Notes: generated by a model from the sequence alone, not told the origin. DNA of 57,382 bases from Candidatus Levyibacteriota bacterium (GCA_027459745.1 DAIDHL010000007.1:1-57382); one strand, 5' to 3'; shown: positions 17,331 to 25,556, counted from the first letter of the stretch. Numbers and translations are program-made.

Positions 17331-19118
17331 ATGCAAGAGAAGATCCAACAACAATTAATGCAAATTCTAGCGGAAATGGGAGTGTTCGAGGTTGTTCCTC
17401 AAGTTAGTCTGAGTCAGTCGAGTGAACATGGAGAGTTCAGTACTAACCTAGCAATGGTTCTGTCAAAGAAACTTCAAAAGAATCCTTTAGAGGTAGCCGA
17501 GGAAGTGGCTAAAGAATTAAGAATTAAGAATGAAGAATTAAGAATTTTAGAAAAGATAGAAGTTGTTAAGCCTGGATTTGTAAACTTTTTTGTAAACAAG
17601 GCTAAAATTGTCAAACAAATTGAGTCATTGATAAATAGCGAAAAAAAGGTTGGTATAAGGGGCAAAAAGATAATTGTAGAATTCACAGACCCCAATCCTT
17701 TCAAGGAATTTCATATAGGACATCTTTATAGCAATATTGTCGGAGAAAGTGTATCTCGTTTACTGGAATCTCAAGACATGCAAGTTACACGTGTTTGTTA
17801 CCAAGGCGATGTTGGTTTGCATGTGGCAAAAGCGATCTGGGGTTTGAGAAAAAACTTTAAAGAGAAAGGCGTTAGAAATGGAGAATATAAACTATATGAA
17901 CAGTCTTCCACGCCTAATGAAAGAGCTTTCTTTTTAGGCCAGTCTTATTCGTTGGGAGCAAAAGCATATGAAGAGGATTCCACTGCCAAAGATGAAATAA
18001 TAGCCATAAATAAAATGGTTTATGAAAGATCAGATAAGGATATTAACGAATTATATGATTTTGGCAAAAAATGGAGTCTGGAATATTTTAATAGCATTTA
18101 TCAGAGATTGGGGACAAAATTTGAAAGGTTTTATTTTGAGAGTGAAGTATCCAAGGATGGCATTGATACGGTGAATAAAGGCTTAGACGAGGGGATTTTT
18201 ACTAAAGAAAATGGTGCGGTCATATTTAAAGGGGAAAATTATGGTTTGCACACCAGAGTGTTTTTGAATTCTTTAGGATTGCCTACTTATGAAGCCAAAG
18301 AATTAGGTTTAGCACTGAGAAAAGAACATGAACTTGCACCAGATTTATCAATTATTATCACCGGTAATGAAATTCAAGCATATTTCAAAGTATTATTAAA
18401 AGTTCTTTCCTTAATGAGTCCGCAACTACAAGAAAAAACTAGACATATCACGCATGGAATGGTGCGTTTGGCTGAAGGTAAAATGTCGAGTCGTTTAGGT
18501 AATGTTTTAACAGGAGAATGGTTGCTGGATGAAACAAAAAAACATATCAAGGATCAATTTCCCGATATGAATTATATAACTTCAGAACAGGTAACGATCG
18601 GAGCAGTTAAATATGCTTTACTTAAGGGAAGTATTGGGCATGATATAGCCTTTAATTTTAAAGAATCGGTCTCTCTTGAGGGTAATTCTGGGCCGTATAT
18701 GCAGTATGTGTATGTACGGTGCATGAGTATTTTGAATAAAGCAGAAATTCAAGGCGTCATTGAGAGGGAATCCTCCAGCTGGCGGATTGACCGAAGCAAT
18801 CTAGTAACTGGATTGCCGCGCTCTCCCGACAAGTCGGGATCGCTCGCAATGACGAGTGAAGAGTTTGAATTAATGAGACAGCTAAGTTTTTATGAGATCA
18901 TCCTAAAACAGGCGGCCAAAGAGTTGGCTCCCCACATTTTATGTACTTATCTATTTGATCTAGCCCAATTATTTAATCATTTTTATCAAAACGTACCAGT
19001 TTTAAATGCTGAAAATGAAGAACAAAAGCAATTCAGACTGCTATTAGTTGAGGCCACAGCTAGTGTAATCAAGCAAGGTCTAAATATTCTCGGCATCCAA
19101 ACCCCAGAAAGAATGTGA
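17331..19118 (+). CDS. argS: Arginyl-tRNA synthetase
   Basis: N-terminal Arg_tRNA_synt_N-like region. HIGH motif (FHIGHLYSN). MSSRLGNV in the KMSK position. C-terminal DALR-type anticodon-binding helices. TATAAT (17319-17324) lies 6 nt upstream of the ATG. Confidence 0.93.
   Translation: MQEKIQQQLMQILAEMGVFEVVPQVSLSQSSEHGEFSTNLAMVLSKKLQKNPLEVAEEVAKELRIKNEELRILEKIEVVKPGFVNFFVNKAKIVKQIESLINSEKKVGIRGKKIIVEFTDPNPFKEFHIGHLYSNIVGESVSRLLESQDMQVTRVCYQGDVGLHVAKAIWGLRKNFKEKGVRNGEYKLYEQSSTPNERAFFLGQSYSLGAKAYEEDSTAKDEIIAINKMVYERSDKDINELYDFGKKWSLEYFNSIYQRLGTKFERFYFESEVSKDGIDTVNKGLDEGIFTKENGAVIFKGENYGLHTRVFLNSLGLPTYEAKELGLALRKEHELAPDLSIIITGNEIQAYFKVLLKVLSLMSPQLQEKTRHITHGMVRLAEGKMSSRLGNVLTGEWLLDETKKHIKDQFPDMNYITSEQVTIGAVKYALLKGSIGHDIAFNFKESVSLEGNSGPYMQYVYVRCMSILNKAEIQGVIERESSSWRIDRSNLVTGLPRSPDKSGSLAMTSEEFELMRQLSFYEIILKQAAKELAPHILCTYLFDLAQLFNHFYQNVPVLNAENEEQKQFRLLLVEATASVIKQGLNILGIQTPERM
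17514..17548. repeat. GAATTAA heptamer tandem array (5 units) in frame inside argS
   Basis: gaattaa gaattaa gaatgaa gaattaa gaatttt encodes ELRIKNEELRIL. It is the same unit as the leuS array at 12136-12163. Confidence 0.85.
18755..18854. repeat. ~100-bp palindromic REP/MITE-like element in frame inside argS
   Basis: Terminal inverted repeats cgtcattg (18755-18762) and caatgacg (18847-18854). Internal hairpins gattg...caatc and tcccgac-aa-gtcggga. Encodes VIERESSSWRIDRSNLVTGLPRSPDKSGSLAMTS, an insertion with no ArgRS-like character. Confidence 0.75.
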
Positions 19119-19120
19119 TT

Positions 19121-19149
19121 TTGAATCAAACCCTATATTATTGTATAAT
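19121..19149 (+). promoter_or_regulatory. Sigma70-like promoter, leaderless-type spacing
   Basis: TTGAAT (19121-19126), 17 nt spacer, TATAAT (19144-19149), then 8 nt to the ATG at 19158. No SD. Confidence 0.55.
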
Positions 19150-19157
19150 AAGCTATC

Positions 19158-20243
19158 ATGACCAAGGATGCACTACAGCCTTCGCCGGATTTTTCTGCCG
19201 GCTCAATGATTAAGTTAGGACCAGAACTTTTCCCAGCCGGAGCAATTGGTCAAGACTTTATCTTACCTTTGGCAGGAAGACAGCGTCCTATTTCAGTTTT
19301 AGATACTAATGTAGATAGATTTTTCCCTTTTGCCCAACGTAGACAACCCTTATCTTTCTTTGCAGCTCTGCATGCAAGAAATATAACTTCACTAGGTGCT
19401 TTTCTGTCCCACCAAAGTGCTGAGTTGGAGCATATTGCGGATAACGTTGATCCTAAAAGTGCCAAGCGGGCTGTAAAGTATATGGAAGGAAACATAGCAG
19501 GCTATTTAGCTGGCTATCTGCGTTTGCCATATCAAATCTTGCTTAATGAAATCTTTGGTTTGGATTTTAGTTTACGAGATGGGTTTGATCAAGAACCGAT
19601 GAATAGACAGCCAATTTTGCCTGCTGACCGAGAAGATGAAATTAGACAGCTCGTGCAGCGAGAAATAATGCCTAGTTTAAGTCCTGAGATGCAGCGATTA
19701 ACTACCCAACGTTATAAGCTCGATACCTATGAAAACGCTGAACATCCATTATCATATCGGGAATTGGCCAAAGGAGGCAAAAGATATTTTAGCTATATAG
19801 AACGCGATTTTAGAGGGAAATTTGAGGAGTTAATCTCTCAGAAAGGTGAAAAACTTTGGCCGTATGTGGCTTTTCCTGAAGGGTCATTGGGTAGGGCTAT
19901 GGGGGAAGTTAATATGGGAGAATTATTGCGCGACTATCCTGTATTAGATGGTCCAGAACCGATATTTGATGAGTTAACCCGCGAAAGACTGAAACCATTA
20001 TTAGAGCGGCTGACTTCAGAAAATGTTACAGCTTTAACTAATCCTAGTCTATTTGAGAGAAGACTGAAATACAATCCTGGATTTATTGATTTATACAGTG
20101 CAAATTTCAATCCATCAGAGCACGAACAATTAATTGCGGCTGTAAAGAATGCTCAAAGAGCTTTTAGACGAAGCGGAAGTCGATTACAACCTGCAACTTT
20201 TACTCCACAAAGATTCAGATCACAGCCTAAGACTGGTTTTTGA
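19158..20243 (+). CDS. Hypothetical cytoplasmic protein (361 aa), function unknown
   Basis: Long ORF with good promoter context. No motif recognised with confidence. Visibly more G+C-rich than its neighbours. Confidence 0.6.
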   Translation: MTKDALQPSPDFSAGSMIKLGPELFPAGAIGQDFILPLAGRQRPISVLDTNVDRFFPFAQRRQPLSFFAALHARNITSLGAFLSHQSAELEHIADNVDPKSAKRAVKYMEGNIAGYLAGYLRLPYQILLNEIFGLDFSLRDGFDQEPMNRQPILPADREDEIRQLVQREIMPSLSPEMQRLTTQRYKLDTYENAEHPLSYRELAKGGKRYFSYIERDFRGKFEELISQKGEKLWPYVAFPEGSLGRAMGEVNMGELLRDYPVLDGPEPIFDELTRERLKPLLERLTSENVTALTNPSLFERRLKYNPGFIDLYSANFNPSEHEQLIAAVKNAQRAFRRSGSRLQPATFTPQRFRSQPKTGF

Positions 20244-20294
20244 TAGGAATAACCCTAGCAAAATTGCATATCATTTGTTACAATAGTTTCCGTT

Positions 20295-21572
20295 ATGCGT
20301 TTTACAAAAAAGATACTCTCCAATGGTCTACGTTTGATTACTATCCCGATGCCTTCCTTTGAATCAGCCACCGTGATGGTGATGGTCGGAGCAGGTTCTC
20401 GCTACGAAACTAAGAAAAATAATGGTATTTCTCACTTTTTGGAACACATGGCTTTCAAAGGCACGGAGAAGAGACCAAACGCTTTGGCTATTTCCAGTTT
20501 GATTGATGGTATGGGTGGAGAATTTAATGCTTTTACCGGCAAAGAAACCACAGGATATTACATTAAAGCCGCTAAAAACAATGTAGAACTATGTTTAGAC
20601 GTCTTATCTGACATGTTACAACATTCCAAACTTGAACAAGCAGAAATTGATAAAGAAAAAGGTGTCATCCTGGAAGAAATTAACCTCTATGAAGATACTC
20701 CCATGCGCAAGATAGGGGATATTTATGAACAACTTTTATATGGAGATACTCCTTTGGGTTGGGATATTGCGGGGGAGAAAGATGTTATTCGTGCCATTAC
20801 CCGAGCTGATTTTGTCGATTATATGGGCAGTCTTTATTCCAGTGACAATATGACCGTGGTAGTCGCGGGTGGAATTGATGAAGGAGAAGTAGAGAAATTG
20901 GTGGAGCAATATTTTGGTAAGATGAAACAATTTGCTACTCCTAAAGCCAAACTAATTACTGAAAATCAAAATAAGCCAGCCGTGTTAATCAAACAAAAAA
21001 AGACCGAACAAATCCATATTGCCATGGGTATTCGTACAGTGGCAATTGATGATGACAAAAAATATCCACTGGAAGTCTTATCATCTATTTTGGGTGGGGG
21101 CATGAGTTCACGTTTGTTTTCAGAAATTCGTGAAAAAAGAGGATTGGCCTATTATGTCCGCTCAAGCTCTGATCACTACAAAGATGCGGGTAGTTTGGTG
21201 ACGATGGCTGGTATTGATCCTAAAAGAGTGGTCGATGCTGTGTCTGTTTTGGTTGAGCAGTATGCCTTGGTCAAGGATGGCAAATTAAATATCACGGATG
21301 AGGAATTAGTCAAAGCCAAAGAATTTATTAAAGGTCATTTTGTGCTTGATTTAGAAGACAGCCGTTCGGTAGCCGGTTATTATGCTCACCAGGAACTGCT
21401 GGAAGAAGAACAATTAAATCCTGATGAAGTGTTGGCCAAGATTGATGCTATAAGTAAAGAACAAATTGAAGCAGTTGGACAAGAGTTTTTCAGAAATGAA
21501 ACTTTGAATTTAGCTTTGATCGGTGATTTCTCTGATAGACAGAAGCTGGAAGATATAGTAAAATTGAATTAA
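20295..21572 (+). CDS. M16-family (insulinase/pitrilysin-like) zinc peptidase
   Basis: Inverted zinc motif HxxEH in GISHFLEHMAFKGT. Downstream E in the GGEFNAFT region. Length typical of M16B. Confidence 0.9.
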   Translation: MRFTKKILSNGLRLITIPMPSFESATVMVMVGAGSRYETKKNNGISHFLEHMAFKGTEKRPNALAISSLIDGMGGEFNAFTGKETTGYYIKAAKNNVELCLDVLSDMLQHSKLEQAEIDKEKGVILEEINLYEDTPMRKIGDIYEQLLYGDTPLGWDIAGEKDVIRAITRADFVDYMGSLYSSDNMTVVVAGGIDEGEVEKLVEQYFGKMKQFATPKAKLITENQNKPAVLIKQKKTEQIHIAMGIRTVAIDDDKKYPLEVLSSILGGGMSSRLFSEIREKRGLAYYVRSSSDHYKDAGSLVTMAGIDPKRVVDAVSVLVEQYALVKDGKLNITDEELVKAKEFIKGHFVLDLEDSRSVAGYYAHQELLEEEQLNPDEVLAKIDAISKEQIEAVGQEFFRNETLNLALIGDFSDRQKLEDIVKLN

Positions 21573-21597
21573 GGTTGTATATTTTTAACAACATTAA

Positions 21598-21653
21598 GTC
21601 ATCCTGAACTTGTTTCAGGATCTCGCTGGATCCCAGATCAAGTCTGGGATGAC
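21598..21653. repeat. Composite double-hairpin repeat between the M16 peptidase gene and ndk
   Basis: Hairpin 1: atcctgaa-cttgt-ttcaggat (21601-21621). Hairpin 2: atcccaga-tcaag-tctgggat (21630-21650). Outer arms gtcatcc (21598-21604) and ggatgac (21647-21653). The first 25 nt are the reverse complement of leuS 12242-12266. Confidence 0.9.
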
Positions 21654-21662
21654 AAAACAAAT

Positions 21663-22235
21663 ATGGAACAAACATTAGTACTCATTAAACCAGATGGCGT
21701 AAAACGCGGTATCGTGGGAGAAATCTTACATCGCTTTGAACGCATGGGCCTCAAAATCGTCGCCATGAAAATGGTTTTACCTAAAGAAGAAACCCTACTC
21801 AAACATTATCAATCAGATAAAGAAGCGACACTTAAACGTTGGGGAGAGAAAACTTTTTCCACCTATACCAAATACGGTAAAGATGCCAAGAAAGATTTTG
21901 GTACGGATGATCCTATGGAATTGGGTAAATTGGTCAACAAATGGTTGTTTAGTTATGTAAAATCGGGTCCTATGGTCGCTATAATCTTGGAAGGCCGACA
22001 TGCGGTCGAGAATGTAGTTAATATAGCTGGACCAACTATGCCTGTTTCTGCCCCAGCTGGTACTATTCGTGGAGATTTTTCTACTGATTCAGCCGCTTAT
22101 GCCAATGAAGAACAACGTGGAGTAATGAATTTGGTACATATCTCAGCCTCAGTGGAAGAAGCAAATTTCGAAAAAATGTTGTGGTTCACACCTGAAGAAA
22201 TCCACGCTTATAAAAGAGCCGACGAGAATGTCTAA
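21663..22235 (+). CDS. ndk: Nucleoside diphosphate kinase, long form with an internal insertion
   Basis: EQTLVLIKPDGVKRGIVGEILHRFERMGLKIVAMKM N-terminus. GTIRGDF. Catalytic His in NLVHISAS. At 190 aa it is well above the usual ~140-150 aa. Confidence 0.85.
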   Translation: MEQTLVLIKPDGVKRGIVGEILHRFERMGLKIVAMKMVLPKEETLLKHYQSDKEATLKRWGEKTFSTYTKYGKDAKKDFGTDDPMELGKLVNKWLFSYVKSGPMVAIILEGRHAVENVVNIAGPTMPVSAPAGTIRGDFSTDSAAYANEEQRGVMNLVHISASVEEANFEKMLWFTPEEIHAYKRADENV

Positions 22236-22274
22236 TTAACCTTTTTATTTTCAGCCTTTAATTTTCAACAAATT

Positions 22275-22320
22275 GTGATCTAGATCACTATTGACATGCT
22301 ATTTGCTCATTGATTATACT
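22275..22320 (+). promoter_or_regulatory. Near-consensus sigma70 promoter preceded by a perfect 14-bp palindrome
   Basis: Palindrome gtgatctagatcac (22275-22288). TTGACA (22291-22296), 18 nt spacer, TATACT (22315-22320). Confidence 0.6.
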
Positions 22321-22326
22321 GTCGTT

Positions 22327-22389
22327 ATGTTAAATTTCTTAAGTTGCCAAATTCATTTCTCTCTTCCAACCATGCTGATGGTGGTTTGA
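22327..22389 (+). CDS. Candidate leaderless 20-codon small ORF / leader peptide (MLNFLSCQIHFSLPTMLMVV)
   Basis: ATG lies 6 nt after the TATACT box, the spacing seen at other genes in this window. The ORF ends at TGA 22387-22389 and is followed by a terminator. Coding status is unproven; the transcript could equally be a small RNA or cis-leader. Confidence 0.3.
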   Translation: MLNFLSCQIHFSLPTMLMVV

Positions 22390-22416
22390 GGTAGATTTGT
22401 ATTAGCTAATTATTAT

Positions 22417-22451
22417 AAATCTCCTCGAAAGGGAGATTTTTTTGTTTTTGG
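22417..22451 (+). terminator. Rho-independent terminator/attenuator upstream of the 230-aa gene
   Basis: aaatctcc-tcgaaag-ggagattt hairpin followed by ttttttgttttt. An SD-like GGAGA and the ATG at 22462 follow immediately. Confidence 0.75.
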
Positions 22452-22461
22452 AGAAGAGTTT

Positions 22462-23154
22462 ATGACACAAGAAAAATTACCAATACCAAGCTATATTTAC
22501 AAGCATGCAAGTATAAATCCCGACTACGTTAGAACTAGATTTGACCAGTTTGTACAAGCTCTGGGTCGCTTAACGGAGGTTCATAAAAATATAATTTCTC
22601 AAGAAGGTAGCGCATTCGTGCCTTATAAAGTGATCGTTCGACAAGGTGATTATTTCAAACCTCTTAATTTTAAAAATCCAGCTTACAAATTAGTTGATCC
22701 GCTAGCCAATATATCTGCAGATCTTTTTGATGAATTAACTATCTCCAAAGCAGCTAAACGTCTCGCCGAGGGTGTTATAGACATCTATGATACAGACCTT
22801 TTACAATTCAGTGCCAGTGTGGTTTTAAAGCCCGAAGAAATTGTGAGAGCAGCTAAGGTAATTTTTAATGAAAGTGAACACAGACCCTTAAACCAGTCAG
22901 ATGTAAAAAATGTTTTACAAGAAGCAGATGAAATAATTGCAGAGGCAAATATGCAGGATGACCCATACCCTAGGCCTATTGCTGCTATTAGAGCAGCGCA
23001 GGAAATTATAATAAAACGTAAAATGAAGACTATAAGGCAAAGACGAAATTTACGGATAAGAGAAGCCACTCGGAAAAGATGGAGGGAGTTTATGACTACT
23101 TTATGGCAAACTGATGTTCAAGTCGGTTTTCCTCAGGAAGAAAATATAACCTAA
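22462..23154 (+). CDS. Hypothetical protein (230 aa) with a basic C-terminal helix
   Basis: ORF preceded by GGAGA at appropriate spacing. No recognisable motif. Confidence 0.6.
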   Translation: MTQEKLPIPSYIYKHASINPDYVRTRFDQFVQALGRLTEVHKNIISQEGSAFVPYKVIVRQGDYFKPLNFKNPAYKLVDPLANISADLFDELTISKAAKRLAEGVIDIYDTDLLQFSASVVLKPEEIVRAAKVIFNESEHRPLNQSDVKNVLQEADEIIAEANMQDDPYPRPIAAIRAAQEIIIKRKMKTIRQRRNLRIREATRKRWREFMTTLWQTDVQVGFPQEENIT

Positions 23155-23227
23155 TCCGTGAAGCTTGCTTGTTCAATCTATCTATGAAAACGGATATAAA
23201 TATGACTTTAGTAGATCGTTTAGCTTG

Positions 23228-23299
23228 TCGGGGTGCGGGGAATTGAACCCCGTGTTTCTGCGTCCCGAACGCAGCGTGATACCGATTCACTACACCCCG
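23228..23299 (-). tRNA. tRNA-Pro (anticodon CGG)
   Basis: Reverse complement: acceptor CGGGGTG/CACCCCG (C1:G72). D stem GTGA/TCAC. Anticodon stem CTGCG/CGCAG with loop TTCGGGA. T arm CGGGG-TTCAATT-CCCCG. Discriminator A. Confidence 0.88.
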
Positions 23300-23394
23300 A
23301 ATTTACCCATTATATCATCTATATGAGCACGGAAAAACCACAAACAGGCAAATAAAAGTTAATTTTGCTAAAATAAGTCCAGCTTGGAGAATTT

Positions 23395-23466
23395 GCCGGT
23401 GTAGCTCAATGGATAGAGCAGACCCGTCCTAAGGGTAAGATGGAGGTTCGATTCCTCTCGCTGGTA
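23395..23466 (+). tRNA. tRNA-Arg (anticodon CCU)
   Basis: D arm GCTC-AATGGATA-GAGC. Anticodon loop GTCCTAA on an ACCC/GGGT stem. T arm GGAGG-TTCGATT-CCTCT. The acceptor GCCGGTG/CGCTGGT has three G-U pairs, which lowers confidence. Confidence 0.7.
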
Positions 23467-23548
23467 CTATATAATAATTTCAGGACTTATGTATATAAAT
23501 ATAAGATAGTGATAGTTAAAGATATAAATTAATATATTAATTAATATT

Positions 23549-24253
23549 ATGACATATAATGATACAACAAAATTTTTAATTCTGAGAAGTTTGGGTAATT
23601 TCCTTTTTCTAATGGCCATTTATGGAGTAATCGCCACTTTTGGTCCAGCCTTGATGTATGAGGTAGAATTTCACATTGCTCAGGCTCGAGGAATTCAGTA
23701 TACGGTTAGTACTGCTGACCAGGCAAATGCGTTGGGTAAAAATGAAACTAAGGTCACGTCTCCCGGTTTTGGTAGCTTGTTATTTGGAGATAAACAACAG
23801 GTGATAGTAGCTCCTGATACCAGTTTTAGTATTGTTATCCCTAAGATAGGTGCAGCAGCTAAAATTATACCCAACGTTGACCCTTCTGACCCCAATATAT
23901 ATATGCCTGATTTGATGAAGGGTGTGGCTCATGCTAAAGGCAGTGTATTCCCGGATAATAAAGGTACAGTTTATTTATTTGCTCATTCAACTGATACCTG
24001 GTGGGATGTGCCTAAATATAATGCTGTTTTTTACTTGGTGAAAGATTTAGTAAAGGGTGATGAAATAGTCATTTTCTTTGAAGGTAAGCGTTATAACTAT
24101 ATAGTCAGTCAGACAGAGCTCACGGGGCCGGAAAATACTAGTTTGTTGGAGAATAGCCACAATACCGGACCACAACTTGTGCTGCAAACGTGTTATCCTC
24201 CAGGAACATCATTGGAGAGATTGTTTGTCATTGCCAAGCCGAAGAAGGCTTAA
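23549..24253 (+). CDS. Sortase-family transpeptidase
   Basis: N-terminal TM segment. Catalytic His (VYLFAHST). TLxTC-type Cys motif (LVLQTCYPPG). Downstream Arg (LERLFVIA). Confidence 0.8.
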   Translation: MTYNDTTKFLILRSLGNFLFLMAIYGVIATFGPALMYEVEFHIAQARGIQYTVSTADQANALGKNETKVTSPGFGSLLFGDKQQVIVAPDTSFSIVIPKIGAAAKIIPNVDPSDPNIYMPDLMKGVAHAKGSVFPDNKGTVYLFAHSTDTWWDVPKYNAVFYLVKDLVKGDEIVIFFEGKRYNYIVSQTELTGPENTSLLENSHNTGPQLVLQTCYPPGTSLERLFVIAKPKKA

Positions 24254-24268
24254 GGATTAATTTGACTA

Positions 24269-25546
24269 TTATTGCAGGCCGATGGTATATAACGTAGGCT
24301 GAATAGAGGTATTGCCCAGATTGGTTAAGATTACAAGCTTAGAACCGTCTGGCCAGGGGAATGCATAATTACCTACAAATGGACCTGCATAAATAGTTGT
24401 CATATTCGATCCATCATCCTCCAAAATATCAATTTTTTTGTCATAGACATAAACTAAGTGGAAAGAATCAGGGAACCAGGTCAAAGGTACATGACAATCC
24501 TTATTAGTAACATTGCATGCGACGGGTGAATAATCAAGCACACGGGTGTTTACATCTTCGGTAATATCATATACATAAATACTATTCTTTTGTATGTTTC
24601 TCTGTTCGTAGAGTAAGTTATTACCGATGCGGCGAGGTTTTATAATAATGGGTAAAGCGTAATCATTTTTGGCTTGATAAAGTATTTTAGTCCCATCAGG
24701 AGAGTAGGAAATAATATTGAAATGGGTGAGTAATTGACGTACTGCAGGTTTGAGAGAGGCCAAGCGAGCTTTATTTTGTTGATTTTCCAGAGTTTGCCAA
24801 TTAGCCTCGACAGAGGGTAAGGTGGCGGTAATATCTTGGGGAGTAGCATTAAGTTGATTGGCTTGTAATTGATATACGGTAGCCGGTTGAGTTGGAGTTG
24901 CGGACACGCTGGCAATGATTTGTTGACCATCAGGTGACCAGGAGATTTGTGCTTGGGAGAAGGGGATACCGGTTGATTCGTCAGCGATTTGAGTGGATGA
25001 GCTTTGTAGTGGCAATACAGGGAAATTCTGTGAAGTCATATTTAATACATAAATACCATTTTTGGTGGCTGATTGGGAAGCAATTGTAAAAGCAAGCTTA
25101 GTACCGGAAGGATCAAGTACTGGATCACTGATTCCCACTGAAGAAATACTTTGCAAAGTAGGAGCCTGGGGAAAAAGACGAGCCTCAACATTTGATACAA
25201 CTTGATCTTCAATCATAACGTCTTTCTTCCAAGGAAGGTAACCATCTTTAACAACTGTAATGGTGTATTTATCGGGGGTTAAATTCACAGTATTATTGGT
25301 AGCCGTTGTTAGATGTCCGTCAACCCAGACTTGAGCTCCTGTTGGGGTGCTTTGAGCATTTAATATGCCTGTATGGGCTAGTATAGGGGTATTTTTAGCA
25401 AAAAAATTTAGGCGATAACCCATGCCATAAAGAACAAAACCTGTGGTAATAAGAATTAGAAGTATTAAGGTTAAAATGGTTGTAATAATTTGACGTCTAA
25501 CTGAACGAGTAAGTTCTTCAGCAATATTTGTTTTCTTTTCTTTCAT
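24269..25546 (-). CDS. Membrane-anchored PEGA-domain protein with TolB-like (PD40) beta-propeller repeats
   Basis: TM segment. PEGA-like AQVWVDGHLT...YTITVVKDGYLPWKKDV. Repeated (W/Y)SPDG-type blades (WSPDGQQI, YSPDGTKILY, WFPDSFHLVYV, PWPDGSKLVIL). Start set at ATG 25546, because the track's TTG (25585) is the -35 box. Confidence 0.8.
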   Translation of the reverse strand: MKEKKTNIAEELTRSVRRQIITTILTLILLILITTGFVLYGMGYRLNFFAKNTPILAHTGILNAQSTPTGAQVWVDGHLTTATNNTVNLTPDKYTITVVKDGYLPWKKDVMIEDQVVSNVEARLFPQAPTLQSISSVGISDPVLDPSGTKLAFTIASQSATKNGIYVLNMTSQNFPVLPLQSSSTQIADESTGIPFSQAQISWSPDGQQIIASVSATPTQPATVYQLQANQLNATPQDITATLPSVEANWQTLENQQNKARLASLKPAVRQLLTHFNIISYSPDGTKILYQAKNDYALPIIIKPRRIGNNLLYEQRNIQKNSIYVYDITEDVNTRVLDYSPVACNVTNKDCHVPLTWFPDSFHLVYVYDKKIDILEDDGSNMTTIYAGPFVGNYAFPWPDGSKLVILTNLGNTSIQPTLYTIGLQ

Positions 25547-25556
25547 AGATAAGTGA

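Noticed and set aside
19158-20243. Possible sigma-factor-like or reverse-transcriptase identity of the 361-aa protein
   Set aside because: There is no YxDD box or RT motifs, and only a vague resemblance to a sigma region-4 HTH. It is left as hypothetical.
21490-21675. 61-aa minus-strand ORF spanning the M16/ndk intergenic hairpins
   Set aside because: Its 'protein' (..ILKQVQDD..) is only the translation of the dispersed hairpin repeat. It also overlaps the 3' end of the M16 peptidase gene.
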